Shown here piece by piece: positions 19,993-32,238 of a DNA stretch of 40,221 nt (positions within the stretch are counted from its first letter, which is position 1; each line of letters starts with the position of its first letter). Source of the DNA: an uncultured Clostridia bacterium (GTDB lineage Bacteria; Bacillota; Clostridia; TANB77; CAG-508); the NCBI GenBank assembly GCA_944393345.1, contig CALXZW010000001.1:1-40221 (forward strand), written 5' to 3'. The notes beneath the pieces were generated by a model. The model saw nothing but the letters and a program-made list of their open reading frames with translations. It searched no databases and was not told the origin of the DNA. A program made the translations under genes and the position numbers.

Positions 19993-22900
19993 CTATATTT
20001 CTTTCTTTAAAGATTTTTTATTATTTCTTATTACAACAACTGCTACTACACTTAATATTGCAATCACTATTATTGTTATACCTATATATACTGCTCCACC
20101 AGTTCTTAAACTTATAATAACATCTGCATAATTCATATCATTTTCACCTTGTACTTTATTTCCTGGTGTTGAATTTACATCTTCTAGTCCTAATTCATTA
20201 TATGATTCAGCAATTTCTGCTGTATTATTTATACGTCCTAAATTATTTTCATTAAGTGTTTTTGTTAATGTTAATGTTAATGTTTTCGTTTCTCCTGCTA
20301 ATATTTTTTCATTTGCTAAACTTGTATTATATAATACTCCATTACTTAAATACCAGTCTTTATTTAATTCTGAACTAAATTGAAGATCGTTTGGTATATA
20401 ATCTGCTATTTTCTTTGCATACCCTTCAACTTCACCAACATTAGAAACATTTATTTTATATTCTATTAATACTGTTGTACCTTTTAATTGTTTTGAATCA
20501 ATTTCAATTTTAGCTAAAGTTTCATTATTAAACTCTTTAACTGTTGTTCCTGCTGAATTTTGTACTATCATTTTGCTTACATATTTATCTAATTTTAAAT
20601 CATAAGTTTTTAATTCTATTAATCCTATATTAATATCTGAAATATTTTCATTTTCTATGTTTATTATATCTGTACTTGCCACTTTTTGTTTATTATTTTC
20701 TATTGTTAATTCAGATATCATAACATCCGAATTAATGCTTTCATCTACATCTGCTACTTTATATTTTGTTACTGTATATTGTGCTGTATTATATTCAAAT
20801 ATTACTATATATTTTCCGTTTACAATGTTATCTAATACATATAATCCATTATCATCTGTTGTTATTTCTAATATATTTCCGTTTTCATCTTTTACTAAAT
20901 TATTTGTGTTAGCATTTAATAATTTAACTTTTATGTTGCTTAATGTTTTTTCATCAGAATCTTTTTTACCATTCCCATTTGCATCATACCAAGCCAAACC
21001 ACTAATCATTTTTGTTCCTTCTGCTATATCACTATCTCCATCATTATTATCTCCTTCGTTATCTCCCGTATTGCCTTCATCTCCTCCATCATCTGGTTCT
21101 GTTGAATTAGCTTCTATAATATGACTTATTTCTATTGTTTCTGCTAAAATTTCACCTATAAAACTAACTTGAGCTTTATTAGTAATCGTTTCTGCTTCAT
21201 CTCTTGCATCAGAATAATTAACAACTGTTTCAATTTTTATTTCACATTCTCCATTTTCCATTATATCTACTTTTAATTCTATATCATTGTCCTCTATTCC
21301 TTTTACTTCTTCTCCATCAAAAGTAATTTTATTTATTGATAATGATTTTGGTATAGAATCTGTAAATGTTATTCCTTCTGCTCTTACAGGTGTTTCATTT
21401 TTTATGTTTATTGTATATTCTATGATATCTCCTGCTTTTATATATTTGCTTTCTGTATTTGTTTTTATTGACATTGATAATTTCATATTATTAACTTCAT
21501 CTTGCCATACGTTAGATTGATAAGTTTTATTATTATCTTGTGCTTGTGCTGAAAATTTAATTATGTTGTTTTCTGTTTTATTTATTGACATATCATAACT
21601 TAATACTTTTGTTTCTCCTGGTTCTAAAGTTCCTATATTTATTTTTTCTGAATATTCTATTTGCTCTGATTTTACATTTGAATTATCTATATTAGAATCT
21701 TCTATAGCTTTATTAAAATCTATGCTCTTTCCTGAACCTGGTATATATATATCATCATCATTTACTTCTTCTGTTGCTAACCCTGTTATTAATGTTAATC
21801 TTTCTAGTTTTAAATTTTCAGGAAGATTTGTTGATACTTTTACATTATCTTGTTTTTGATCAGAAATATTTTCTACCATTACATAATATTGGACTGAACC
21901 GTAATTATATAAATCTATTTTTCTATCAGTTACTCTTTTTACACTTATACTTAATTTTCCTGCTTCTGACAAATTGTATAATTCATTTGATTCATTTATT
22001 GCTTCACCATATTTTGTTTCAATAGAATTTATTATCTTAGTAGCATTTTGTGTATCTTTATTTACTCTTACTTCATATTCAATAATGGCCTTTTCGCCCA
22101 CTTTTAAGTTTTCTATTTTTTCTTCATATTTATCTGTTGCTACCTCTTTATAATATGATGAACCAGTATATTCATAGTTTTCTTGAGGTACTACTAATGT
22201 AGTTCCTTCTGGTATTTTTCCTGTTACTATTACATTTTTAATATCCTCAGATCCTGTATTTGATATTTCTATATGATATTTTATTACTTCTCCATTTTTA
22301 ATTGTTTCATTTGAACTAATATTTTTATCTCCTACTGTCGCCGTTAAAGTTGTTTCTAATTTAGGTCCAACACCTGTGTCCAATTCAATGTCTGTTGAAT
22401 TCATTTGATTTGTAATATTTGAGATAGTATTTGTATAATTTACCGTATAACCTTCTGTTGCTTTTTGATTGTACTCAAGATTTTTTGGTACTTCTATACT
22501 GTATGTTCCCACTATACTTTGTTGTGGCTCTAAATTATCATATTGTATTAAATATTTTTTTACATTTTCGTTATTTTCAATATTTTCTTTCCATTGATTA
22601 TTTTCATCCTGTAAGTTATCTGTTGCATTTTCATTTTCTGAATAATATATTTTTGCATTTTCCATATTTATATTGCTAGTTACTTTTGCTCCTAAATTAT
22701 TATTTTGGCTATCTGTTGGGAAATCTCCTAATATTTTTATATCTTTAATTGCTTCTGAATTATTGTTTATCACTTCTACTTGTACATTTAAAGATTTTTT
22801 ATCTTGGCCCTTTTTCATATCTACTTTTTTGTTTGCTTCTTGGCCAATTGTTTCTATTCCTAATTCACTTATACTGTTAATTGTTGTTACATCTTTTGGG

Positions 22901-24894
22901 GCAACAAGTTTAATATTTGCTAATGTTTCTCCTATACTTTTATTATCTACATATGTATTTGCATTTTTATTTATGTATTGCATTTTTATGTTACTATCTT
23001 GTGTTGCTGTTTTTCTATTCAATGTTACATTTGCATTAATTACAATAACTGCTCCTTCAATTGATGCTTCTTTATATTTAGTTTGTTTTCCTTCTAAATA
23101 TATCTTTATATTTCTTCCGATTATTTCATAATTTTTTATTTTTAATTCTTCTTCGAATATTAAATCTATATTATTTACTTCAACTTGCTCTACATTTTCT
23201 GGTAATTCAATATTTAAAACCGGTGCATCATATAAGTCATATTGTTCACTATTTGTTTTTAATATTACTTTCATTTCAAGATTATTTTTAATCACTGTTG
23301 ATAATGTATCTTTGTTAATTTCTAATCTTGCTTCTGTCACTGTTTCTTTTAGTTCTATATTAGAAGTAGTTGTAATTTCTAATCCTTTTTTATTCTTTCC
23401 TATATATTGAGCAGTTAAATTCGTTTCTATACTATTTGCATTTTTTACTATGTTTCTATCATTTTGTTTTATTATTTTTGAATGTCTTAATTCAATTTTT
23501 CCTTCCTTTATTGGTGCTGATGTTTCTATTTCTATATTTTTTGCTTCGACACTATTATATTCTATAATCATATCTCCATATTCATTTACAGATGTATCTT
23601 TATTAATAGTTGTTATTACTTTTCCATCTTCATCTTTAATTGTCATTATACCGTTTTCACCAAAAATTTTATCAAAATCTTCTTTTCTTATGTATGTTGT
23701 TTGATAAATTATATTAGCATCTCCTAATTTTTCACCAGATTTAAAACTATTATTTTCTTTTATTTTTATTTGCTCTCCTGTATTTGCAAGATTTACATTT
23801 AATGTTGTTATTGAGTTATATAACCTATCTATTCCTGAATATAAATTTCCTTTATACATACTTGTTTCTGTATTATTTGTTTCTACTGATATTGTATAAT
23901 CCTTTTCTTCATTATCTAATATAGTACTTGTTGTTTTAGCAGTTATTTCATTTTCATCATAAAGTGTTACTTTTTCTTCTGCTTTAATTTCAATATTTTC
24001 TAAATTGATATCTTTAGGATATATGTAAGTTATTATTATATTTTCGTTTCCATTTTTATTCCATAATATTTCACTATTAGAATTAACTTCATTTTCTAAC
24101 TCGAATTCTATAATATCATTCTCATATTTATATTCATATTTTGACATATTATTTAAATTTGTAACTTCTAAAATTTCAGGTTTATTACCATCAATTTCTG
24201 GAACATTAATTTTGGAAATTATATTTTTTATTGGATAATTATTATTATTAACACCTAAATCTAAAGAAAATTGAACTACTCTTTTTTCCTCACCATTTAA
24301 TTCAATAATTTTATTAGTAACAATATTTATATTATTTATCAAATCATCCTCAGTATTATTTTCTACCAATTTAAGAGTAATTTCTCTTTCTGAATTTATA
24401 TTAATATCTTTCTGAGTGCTATCTTTGTATTCTCCTTCTAATACCACCTTACTATTCATATTTAATAAACCTACATTAAATTTATCATTTGTTATAGGTT
24501 TTATTTTTACAGGAATTTCAACTTTACTCCCTGAATTTAATTGATTTAAATAAATAATATTTCCTTCTACTTTATTTACAAATTCACTTTCTATTTTTAA
24601 GATGTTAAAGTTGCTATCTACTATTTGTAATTTTCCATTAAAATATCCTTCTTTTTTTACATTTAGGTTTATGTATAAAATTTGTTCTTCATTATTTGGT
24701 AAAATTTCAAGAGTTTTTATTCCTTCGCCTTTTTCATTTTTAAAATATGCATCAAATTCTACGTTTGCATGATTTGTAGATATTTTTTCTGCTGCATAAC
24801 TTACAAAATTTGCTCCAACAAATATGAAATTTACCATTGTTAATGTAAGTATTAACGCTAAAATCAATATAGTTTTTAAAATTTTGTTTTTCAT
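19993..24894 (-). CDS. Very large surface protein (about 1633 aa) with DUF11-type and SdrD-B-like repeats and a C-terminal sorting-signal-like anchor
   Basis: The start is moved to the ATG at 24894, after AAAGGAGGAAATAAT. A signal peptide and DUF11-like repeats are present (GEVIKYHIEISNTGSEDIKNVIVTGKIPEGTTLV; IEYTINIKNETPVRAEGITFTDSIP). An SdrD-B-like unit is GLAWYDANGNGKKDSDE...TTDDNGLYVLDNIVNGKY. The C-terminus is SLRTGG, a TM helix, then RNNKKSLKKEI. Confidence 0.8.
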   Translation of the reverse strand: MKNKILKTILILALILTLTMVNFIFVGANFVSYAAEKISTNHANVEFDAYFKNEKGEGIKTLEILPNNEEQILYINLNVKKEGYFNGKLQIVDSNFNILKIESEFVNKVEGNIIYLNQLNSGSKVEIPVKIKPITNDKFNVGLLNMNSKVVLEGEYKDSTQKDININSEREITLKLVENNTEDDLINNINIVTNKIIELNGEEKRVVQFSLDLGVNNNNYPIKNIISKINVPEIDGNKPEILEVTNLNNMSKYEYKYENDIIEFELENEVNSNSEILWNKNGNENIIITYIYPKDINLENIEIKAEEKVTLYDENEITAKTTSTILDNEEKDYTISVETNNTETSMYKGNLYSGIDRLYNSITTLNVNLANTGEQIKIKENNSFKSGEKLGDANIIYQTTYIRKEDFDKIFGENGIMTIKDEDGKVITTINKDTSVNEYGDMIIEYNSVEAKNIEIETSAPIKEGKIELRHSKIIKQNDRNIVKNANSIETNLTAQYIGKNKKGLEITTTSNIELKETVTEARLEINKDTLSTVIKNNLEMKVILKTNSEQYDLYDAPVLNIELPENVEQVEVNNIDLIFEEELKIKNYEIIGRNIKIYLEGKQTKYKEASIEGAVIVINANVTLNRKTATQDSNIKMQYINKNANTYVDNKSIGETLANIKLVAPKDVTTINSISELGIETIGQEANKKVDMKKGQDKKSLNVQVEVINNNSEAIKDIKILGDFPTDSQNNNLGAKVTSNINMENAKIYYSENENATDNLQDENNQWKENIENNENVKKYLIQYDNLEPQQSIVGTYSIEVPKNLEYNQKATEGYTVNYTNTISNITNQMNSTDIELDTGVGPKLETTLTATVGDKNISSNETIKNGEVIKYHIEISNTGSEDIKNVIVTGKIPEGTTLVVPQENYEYTGSSYYKEVATDKYEEKIENLKVGEKAIIEYEVRVNKDTQNATKIINSIETKYGEAINESNELYNLSEAGKLSISVKRVTDRKIDLYNYGSVQYYVMVENISDQKQDNVKVSTNLPENLKLERLTLITGLATEEVNDDDIYIPGSGKSIDFNKAIEDSNIDNSNVKSEQIEYSEKINIGTLEPGETKVLSYDMSINKTENNIIKFSAQAQDNNKTYQSNVWQDEVNNMKLSMSIKTNTESKYIKAGDIIEYTINIKNETPVRAEGITFTDSIPKSLSINKITFDGEEVKGIEDNDIELKVDIMENGECEIKIETVVNYSDARDEAETITNKAQVSFIGEILAETIEISHIIEANSTEPDDGGDEGNTGDNEGDNNDGDSDIAEGTKMISGLAWYDANGNGKKDSDEKTLSNIKVKLLNANTNNLVKDENGNILEITTDDNGLYVLDNIVNGKYIVIFEYNTAQYTVTKYKVADVDESINSDVMISELTIENNKQKVASTDIINIENENISDINIGLIELKTYDLKLDKYVSKMIVQNSAGTTVKEFNNETLAKIEIDSKQLKGTTVLIEYKINVSNVGEVEGYAKKIADYIPNDLQFSSELNKDWYLSNGVLYNTSLANEKILAGETKTLTLTLTKTLNENNLGRINNTAEIAESYNELGLEDVNSTPGNKVQGENDMNYADVIISLRTGGAVYIGITIIVIAILSVVAVVVIRNNKKSLKKEI

Positions 24895-25273
24895 ATTATT
24901 TCCTCCTTTAAAAAACATTTCAAAATTAATATTTCCTTTATATAATAGCATAATAAACAGAAAAATCAATATTGTTATTTTAACTTTTTTTAATATGCTT
25001 AAAATCTATTACGGAAACTCATTATAATTTTTTAGGCTAATTATTACATTTTTATTACATTTTTGTAATTTTTTTGTAATATTTTTAATAGCCTCTCTAC
25101 TATATATTATACCTTTATTTATTGATTTTTTCAATGTTTTTTATACTTTTTATGTTAATTTTTTAACTTGCTACATTATCATTTAAATTTTTTGATAACA
25201 TTTTTTATTGTTCTTCATATAATATTACATACAATCAATTATTTTGAATATATATGTTTTAGAGGTGATTATT

Positions 25274-25684
25274 TTGGAAAATTTTAATTTTGATGAAAAT
25301 TCTATTAATAAACTAAAAGAAATGATAAATAAAGGAGATTTATCTGATGTTATTTCAAAAATTCCTCCTGAAATGCTACAAAACTTTTCTAATGCAATGT
25401 CTTCTAATCAGAACAAAACAACTAATGATTCTACTAAAAATAATTCTTCTAATAATTCCAACAATTTTGATTTTTCTAATCTTGATATAAATACAATAAT
25501 GAAAATGAAGTCTGTAATGGAAAAAATGAATAATACTAATGATTCAAGATCTAATCTTCTAAACTCACTTAAGCCATACTTAAGAGAAGAAAGAAAAGGT
25601 AAACTAGATCAATATTCTAATATTATGAATATTGCTAAAATTGCTGAGTTATTAAATAATAAGGAGAATAATTCGAATGTTTAG
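25274..25684 (+). CDS. Hypothetical protein with an Asn/Ser-rich low-complexity centre
   Basis: The probable start is TTG at 25274, which is 5 nt after AGAGGTGA (25261-25268). It overlaps the next gene by 8 nt. No recognised family. Confidence 0.5.
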   Translation: MENFNFDENSINKLKEMINKGDLSDVISKIPPEMLQNFSNAMSSNQNKTTNDSTKNNSSNNSNNFDFSNLDINTIMKMKSVMEKMNNTNDSRSNLLNSLKPYLREERKGKLDQYSNIMNIAKIAELLNNKENNSNV

Positions 25685-26015
25685 TTTTCCTTTTTTTGGA
25701 TTTCCATATAATTCTATTTATAATAATTATTATAGACCTTATCCTTATATAAAAAAAAATAATAGAGATTTTTGTGATAACCAGAATTCTCATGTTGAAA
25801 ATGCTGTAAATAAAAAAAAAACATCTAAATACAATTTAAATTCCTCTATCAATTTCTATGGCTTTTCTGATATTGAAAAACCCGTATTAGAAATTATGGG
25901 AATTAAATTATATTTAGATGATATTATAATACTTGGAGTTTTATTTTTTCTTTATTCTGAAGGTGTTAAAGATGATATTCTATTTATTTGTCTAATTATG
26001 CTTTTGCTTAGCTAA
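25677..26015 (+). CDS. Hypothetical small protein with a Tyr/Pro/Phe-rich N-terminus and a C-terminal TM segment
   Basis: GGAGAATAATTCGAATG coupling with the previous ORF. The C-terminus is hydrophobic (IIILGVLFFLY...LFICLIMLLLS). Its stop abuts the minC stop with 0 nt of spacer. Confidence 0.45.
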   Translation: MFSFPFFGFPYNSIYNNYYRPYPYIKKNNRDFCDNQNSHVENAVNKKKTSKYNLNSSINFYGFSDIEKPVLEIMGIKLYLDDIIILGVLFFLYSEGVKDDILFICLIMLLLS

Positions 26016-26627
26016 TTACTCTATTTCTATTTTACCATTAACTATACTGACATATGCTTGTTTATGTAATGGTTCTTCATCTCTGTCTATTTCTTTTACT
26101 ATATTAGCAATTCTTATTTGAACTGTATCTATTAAACTTGCTGCTATTATTGCTTGAGTGTTACCTTTAGCACCTGCATGTGCCAATCCCCTTAGTGCTC
26201 CTAAAACTATTATATTTTCAGATGCCATTACTTCTGCTCCTGAATTTACATCCCCTATTATTACTAAACTTCCTTCTGATTCTAATTTTTGCCCAGAACG
26301 TAATGAACCTTTATGAAATTTTGTTTCAGATATTGTTGTTTTTCTTTCAAAAGTTTTTTTAATACTATGCAAACCTAATGTTTTAGGCATATCAAAATCA
26401 ATATCTACATCTATTTTACTTTTTATTAATTCTTCAATTTGATCCATCTCCTTATTTTTTAAAACTTTTCCAGTTACTCTAATTGGAGTTTTTTCATCCT
26501 TATACAATTTTTTTAATTCTGGTAATTTTCGTCTTAAGACTCCTACTAACTCTACTTGTTCTGCATTTTCATCTAATTTAATTATTATTTCATCTCTTCT
26601 TAGATTTATACTAACACAATTTTTCAT
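26016..26627 (-). CDS. minC: Septum site-determining protein MinC
   Basis: 203 aa. The C-terminal beta-helix signature is GSLRSGQKLESEGSLVIIGDVNSGAEVMASENIIVLGALRGLAHAG. Confidence 0.85.
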   Translation of the reverse strand: MKNCVSINLRRDEIIIKLDENAEQVELVGVLRRKLPELKKLYKDEKTPIRVTGKVLKNKEMDQIEELIKSKIDVDIDFDMPKTLGLHSIKKTFERKTTISETKFHKGSLRSGQKLESEGSLVIIGDVNSGAEVMASENIIVLGALRGLAHAGAKGNTQAIIAASLIDTVQIRIANIVKEIDRDEEPLHKQAYVSIVNGKIEIE

Positions 26628-26648
26628 TTTTACATCCTTCCAATTTAT

Positions 26649-28763
26649 TTATTGCATAATTTCAACATAAGGAATTGCCGTCATATTCTCTTCTACATTT
26701 TGCGTATTCATACCAAAATATTCTTCCATTATGTCTCTTACAACCTCCGCCGTATAGTTTCCATGTCCACCATTCTCTACCATTACTACAATAGCAATCT
26801 CTGGATTATCAAATGGTGCATATCCTGCAAACCATGCATGTACAATGTCTTTTTGATTTGCATCTTTTCCTGCTTCAGCTGAACCTGTCTTTCCTCCAAC
26901 TTCTATTCCAAAATCTTTGAATCTTACATATGCAGTTCCTGTAGTATCACTTGTAACAGATTTCATTCCTTGTAATACTGCATCAAGATTTGCTTGTTGT
27001 ATTCCTAAATCTTCTGTTTCTTGTTTCTGTATTCCTAATTTTTTATTTACAAAATTTTCTATTTCTTGTTTTGAAGCTTCTGTACCATCTGATTTTCTAA
27101 CTGTTTTTACAATACTTACATCTATGGGCTTTCCACCATTTGCTAACATGCTAACATATTTAGTCATTTGTAATGGTGTAAAAGAATTAAGACCTTGACC
27201 TATAGAAGCGTTTATAGTTTGTCCTTTTGTCCATGTTACATTCACTTTTTCAGCATATTCAGGCGTTGCCATTGCACCTGCAGTTTCACTTGGTAATTCA
27301 ATTCCTGTTTTTACACCTAACCCAAAGTATTTTGCATATTTAGCTAATGTTTCTATTCCCATTCTATCTCCAGTTTCATAAAAGAAATAGTTACATGATT
27401 TTTCGATTGCACCTGATACATTTAACCTTCCATGTCCCACATGATAGTCTGTATAATACCAACATGGCCAAGTATCTCCATATTTCTTATATACTCCTGT
27501 ATCATTAATAGTTTCAGCTCGTGTTATTGCTCCACTTTCTAAGCCGGCTATTGCAGTTACCATTTTAAATATTGAACCTGGAGGATATGAACTTTGTACT
27601 GCTTTATCTAATAATGGTTTTGCTGGATTATTTATATAATTATTCCAATTCTCCGTGCTTATCCCACCAACAAAATCAGAAGGGTTATAATTAGGATAAC
27701 TTGCCATTGCTAAAACTTCTCCCGTATTTACATCCATAACAACACACGCTCCAGCTTTTGCATCATAAGCTTTTCCAAAGCCTCCACTTGCTATTTTCTG
27801 TATGTTTGCCTCTAATGCAGCTTCTGTTATTTTTTGCAATTTAGCATCAATTGTTAATACTATGTCAGAACCTCCTATTGCTTCTTGCGCTATGTATTCT
27901 GCAGTTGTTGTTCCGTCTACCGCCATATCAATTTGTTTAGTTCCATTTTTTCCTTTTAAATATTCTTCAAAAACATATTCTATTCCAGTTCTACCTATAA
28001 TATCATTCATTCCATATGTATCTTTTTTTTCTTCATATTCGTCACTTCTTATTTGATTAGCATATCCCAAAATATGTGATGCCATGTTCCCTGAAGTATA
28101 TTCTCTTACTGGTTTTACTACAATATTTATACCTGCATAATTGTCTGAACTTTCGCTAAATTCTGCGACTGCTTCTTGTGGTATATTTTCAGCTATTTTT
28201 AATGATTTTGTACTACTATATCCTTCTCTTACTATTTCATACCTTATTGCCATTATTTTTCTTACTTTTTTTATATCATCATATTTAATCTCATATCTAT
28301 CTTTTAATTTATAAAAAGCTTCTTCTGCTGTAGCATTTTCATCTATTTTGTTTGATTTTTTCCAATTTTTTAAAGTTTCATCAGATATTATAAATTCAAA
28401 TGGTTCTATCTTTATTGGTAATGAATCAGCATATTTGCAACCATACTTTTCTAGTGTTTCAATCATATTTAATATCGCAGTATTTAAATCTTCTGTTTCT
28501 ACTTTTGTCTTATACAATTCAAGAGAATATTGTATTTTTGAAGTAACAAGTGTTACTCCTGTCCTATCTACTATATCACCTCTAGCTGCTTCTAATGTAC
28601 TTTCTCGAGTTAACCTTGTATTCGATTCTTCTCTATATTCTGCGCCATGTACTATTTGTAATGTAAATAATTTTATCATTAATATAATTCCAATTATATA
28701 AATTAAAACTGTTAATACATTAAATCTTAAATTTATATTTGAATTTTTTGCTGGCTTTACCAA
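26649..28763 (-). CDS. mrdA: Class B penicillin-binding protein 2 (elongasome transpeptidase)
   Basis: TTG start after GAAGGTGA. N-terminal TM segment. The SxxK (PGSIFK), SxN (KSCN) and KTG (GGKTGSAE) motifs are present. It sits in the mreBCD operon context. Confidence 0.9.
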   Translation of the reverse strand: MVKPAKNSNINLRFNVLTVLIYIIGIILMIKLFTLQIVHGAEYREESNTRLTRESTLEAARGDIVDRTGVTLVTSKIQYSLELYKTKVETEDLNTAILNMIETLEKYGCKYADSLPIKIEPFEFIISDETLKNWKKSNKIDENATAEEAFYKLKDRYEIKYDDIKKVRKIMAIRYEIVREGYSSTKSLKIAENIPQEAVAEFSESSDNYAGINIVVKPVREYTSGNMASHILGYANQIRSDEYEEKKDTYGMNDIIGRTGIEYVFEEYLKGKNGTKQIDMAVDGTTTAEYIAQEAIGGSDIVLTIDAKLQKITEAALEANIQKIASGGFGKAYDAKAGACVVMDVNTGEVLAMASYPNYNPSDFVGGISTENWNNYINNPAKPLLDKAVQSSYPPGSIFKMVTAIAGLESGAITRAETINDTGVYKKYGDTWPCWYYTDYHVGHGRLNVSGAIEKSCNYFFYETGDRMGIETLAKYAKYFGLGVKTGIELPSETAGAMATPEYAEKVNVTWTKGQTINASIGQGLNSFTPLQMTKYVSMLANGGKPIDVSIVKTVRKSDGTEASKQEIENFVNKKLGIQKQETEDLGIQQANLDAVLQGMKSVTSDTTGTAYVRFKDFGIEVGGKTGSAEAGKDANQKDIVHAWFAGYAPFDNPEIAIVVMVENGGHGNYTAEVVRDIMEEYFGMNTQNVEENMTAIPYVEIMQ

Positions 28764-28778
28764 TTTTTCACCTTCTTT

Positions 28779-29312
28779 TTAGAAATATCGTGTTAATATT
28801 TTATTTCCTTTATATTCATTTTCTATGTAATATCCTGCTTTTTGAAATAAGGGATATATAATAATTGTCAATATTAAATTATAAATTCCTTCTACTAATA
28901 GTATTTTGACAAAATTTAATATTTCGATATTAATACCTACTAAAACATAATTTAAAATATAAGCAATAATTTCAAAAATAATAGTTGAAGTAAATACCAT
29001 TACCATTATAGTAATTCTACTGTCTTTAGAAAAATTTTTTTCATAAACACCTGCTAAAATAGCTATTGTCCCTAATCCTATCGTGTATATTCCAAATTTT
29101 GCACTTAACAGTAGATCTAATATTACGCCAATTATTAATCCATACACTATTCCCATTATTTTATTTGAAAAAAGTCCTATAAATAACACCAATATTATAA
29201 ATAAATTTGGCATTATTCCTGAAATTGTAAACCAATTAAAAAAATTTGCTTGCAAATAATATACAATTAGTATTGTTAGTATTAATATTGCATTTATTAT
29301 AGTCTTTTTCAA
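28779..29312 (-). CDS. mreD: Rod shape-determining protein MreD
   Basis: 177 aa and polytopic, positioned after mreC. Confidence 0.8.
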   Translation of the reverse strand: MKKTIINAILILTILIVYYLQANFFNWFTISGIMPNLFIILVLFIGLFSNKIMGIVYGLIIGVILDLLLSAKFGIYTIGLGTIAILAGVYEKNFSKDSRITIMVMVFTSTIIFEIIAYILNYVLVGINIEILNFVKILLVEGIYNLILTIIIYPLFQKAGYYIENEYKGNKILTRYF

Positions 29313-29326
29313 TTAGTTCCCTCCTA

Positions 29327-30139
29327 TTATTTATTTGTTATAACTAATACAGTATTCAATTTATTAAAATCAACTGCTGTATCTACCAATGCATATCTAT
29401 CTGTAATATTTTTGGTATTTTCCACTTTTCTTATTGTTCCTACATGTATACCTTTTGGATATATTCCACCTAGTCCAGAAGTTACAATATTATCTCCTTG
29501 AATTATATTAAGCTCTGTTGGCAAATACATAGCTTTTAATGTAGAATTATCATCTAAAGTTCCTTTACATACAATACTATCTTGTGTGCTCATTGAACAA
29601 CTAACAGAGCTTGCCGTATCAATTATCAATTGCACTTTGGCTGTATTGTCTGTTACAGAAATAACATGTCCTACTAGTCCTTCGTCAGCAATTACTGTCA
29701 TATTTTCTTCTATTCCTTCTTTTTTCCCTATATTTATAACTATTATCTTAGAATAATTGCTTATATCTTTATTTATAACATATCCTGGAACAGTTTTATA
29801 TTCTCCATATTTTTCTGTTAAATTCAAATATTCTTTTAGAGTATTATTTTCAGCTTTGATTGTTTCTAATTCTCTTAATGATTGCTCTAATTTACTATTT
29901 TCTTCTTCTAACTTTTTATTTTCTTCTTTTAGATTATTTATATCTGCAAAAAATGTACTATTTCCACTTAATTTATTTTTTAAATATGTTAAACCATTTT
30001 GCACTGGCATGACAATATTACTTATAGCATTCTCTAAAAATGATGTATTGTTATCACCATTTGAAAATATAACTATTATTATTAAAATAAGTATAGTTAT
30101 AATTATTCCTATTATTCCAGCTTTTTTATTTTTATACAT
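29327..30139 (-). CDS. mreC: Rod shape-determining protein MreC
   Basis: 270 aa with an N-terminal TM segment and a coiled coil (LKEENKKLEEENSKLEQSLRELE). The C-terminal beta domain shows TSGLGGIYPKGIHVGTI. Confidence 0.9.
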   Translation of the reverse strand: MYKNKKAGIIGIIITILILIIIVIFSNGDNNTSFLENAISNIVMPVQNGLTYLKNKLSGNSTFFADINNLKEENKKLEEENSKLEQSLRELETIKAENNTLKEYLNLTEKYGEYKTVPGYVINKDISNYSKIIVINIGKKEGIEENMTVIADEGLVGHVISVTDNTAKVQLIIDTASSVSCSMSTQDSIVCKGTLDDNSTLKAMYLPTELNIIQGDNIVTSGLGGIYPKGIHVGTIRKVENTKNITDRYALVDTAVDFNKLNTVLVITNK

Positions 30140-30153
30140 TCTTTACTCCTTTA

Positions 30154-31929
<1,776 letters not shown>

Positions 31930-31980
31930 CTTATCTACCGCCCTTTCATATATGTCCCCTTGTCTTTTCTCTATGCTTAT

Positions 31981-32238
31981 TTATATTTTTTTATATATAA
32001 ATATTGCTAATACCATTCCTATTATACTAGATATATTTATTTTAAACATTAATGCAAAAGTAATTTTTAACACACTCAAATCAAGTACTACTGGATTCTC
32101 TAAACCAAAGCTTTGACTATACGATAACCACCAAAGCCAATCAACATATGATGCTAAATTTCCAATTAATCCTCCAACTACTAATCCAGATAAAATAAAT
32201 ATTAATAATATCCATATATTCTTTTCTTTTGTTGCCAT
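31981..32238 (-). CDS. DUF4321-like small membrane protein
   Basis: The start is moved to the ATG at 32238, after GGAGGGAAAA. It has two hydrophobic helices (ILLIFILSGLVVGGLIGNLA...). The position next to radC/mreB is typical of Clostridia. Confidence 0.6.
   Translation of the reverse strand: MATKEKNIWILLIFILSGLVVGGLIGNLASYVDWLWWLSYSQSFGLENPVVLDLSVLKITFALMFKINISSIIGMVLAIFIYKKI

Noticed and set aside
16087-24894. Periodic internal repeats in the two giant genes, considered as a possible CRISPR or tandem-repeat array.
   Set aside because: The repetition is at the protein-domain level (DUF11 and Cna-B/SdrD-B units) within continuous ORFs. There are no short identical direct repeats with unique spacers.
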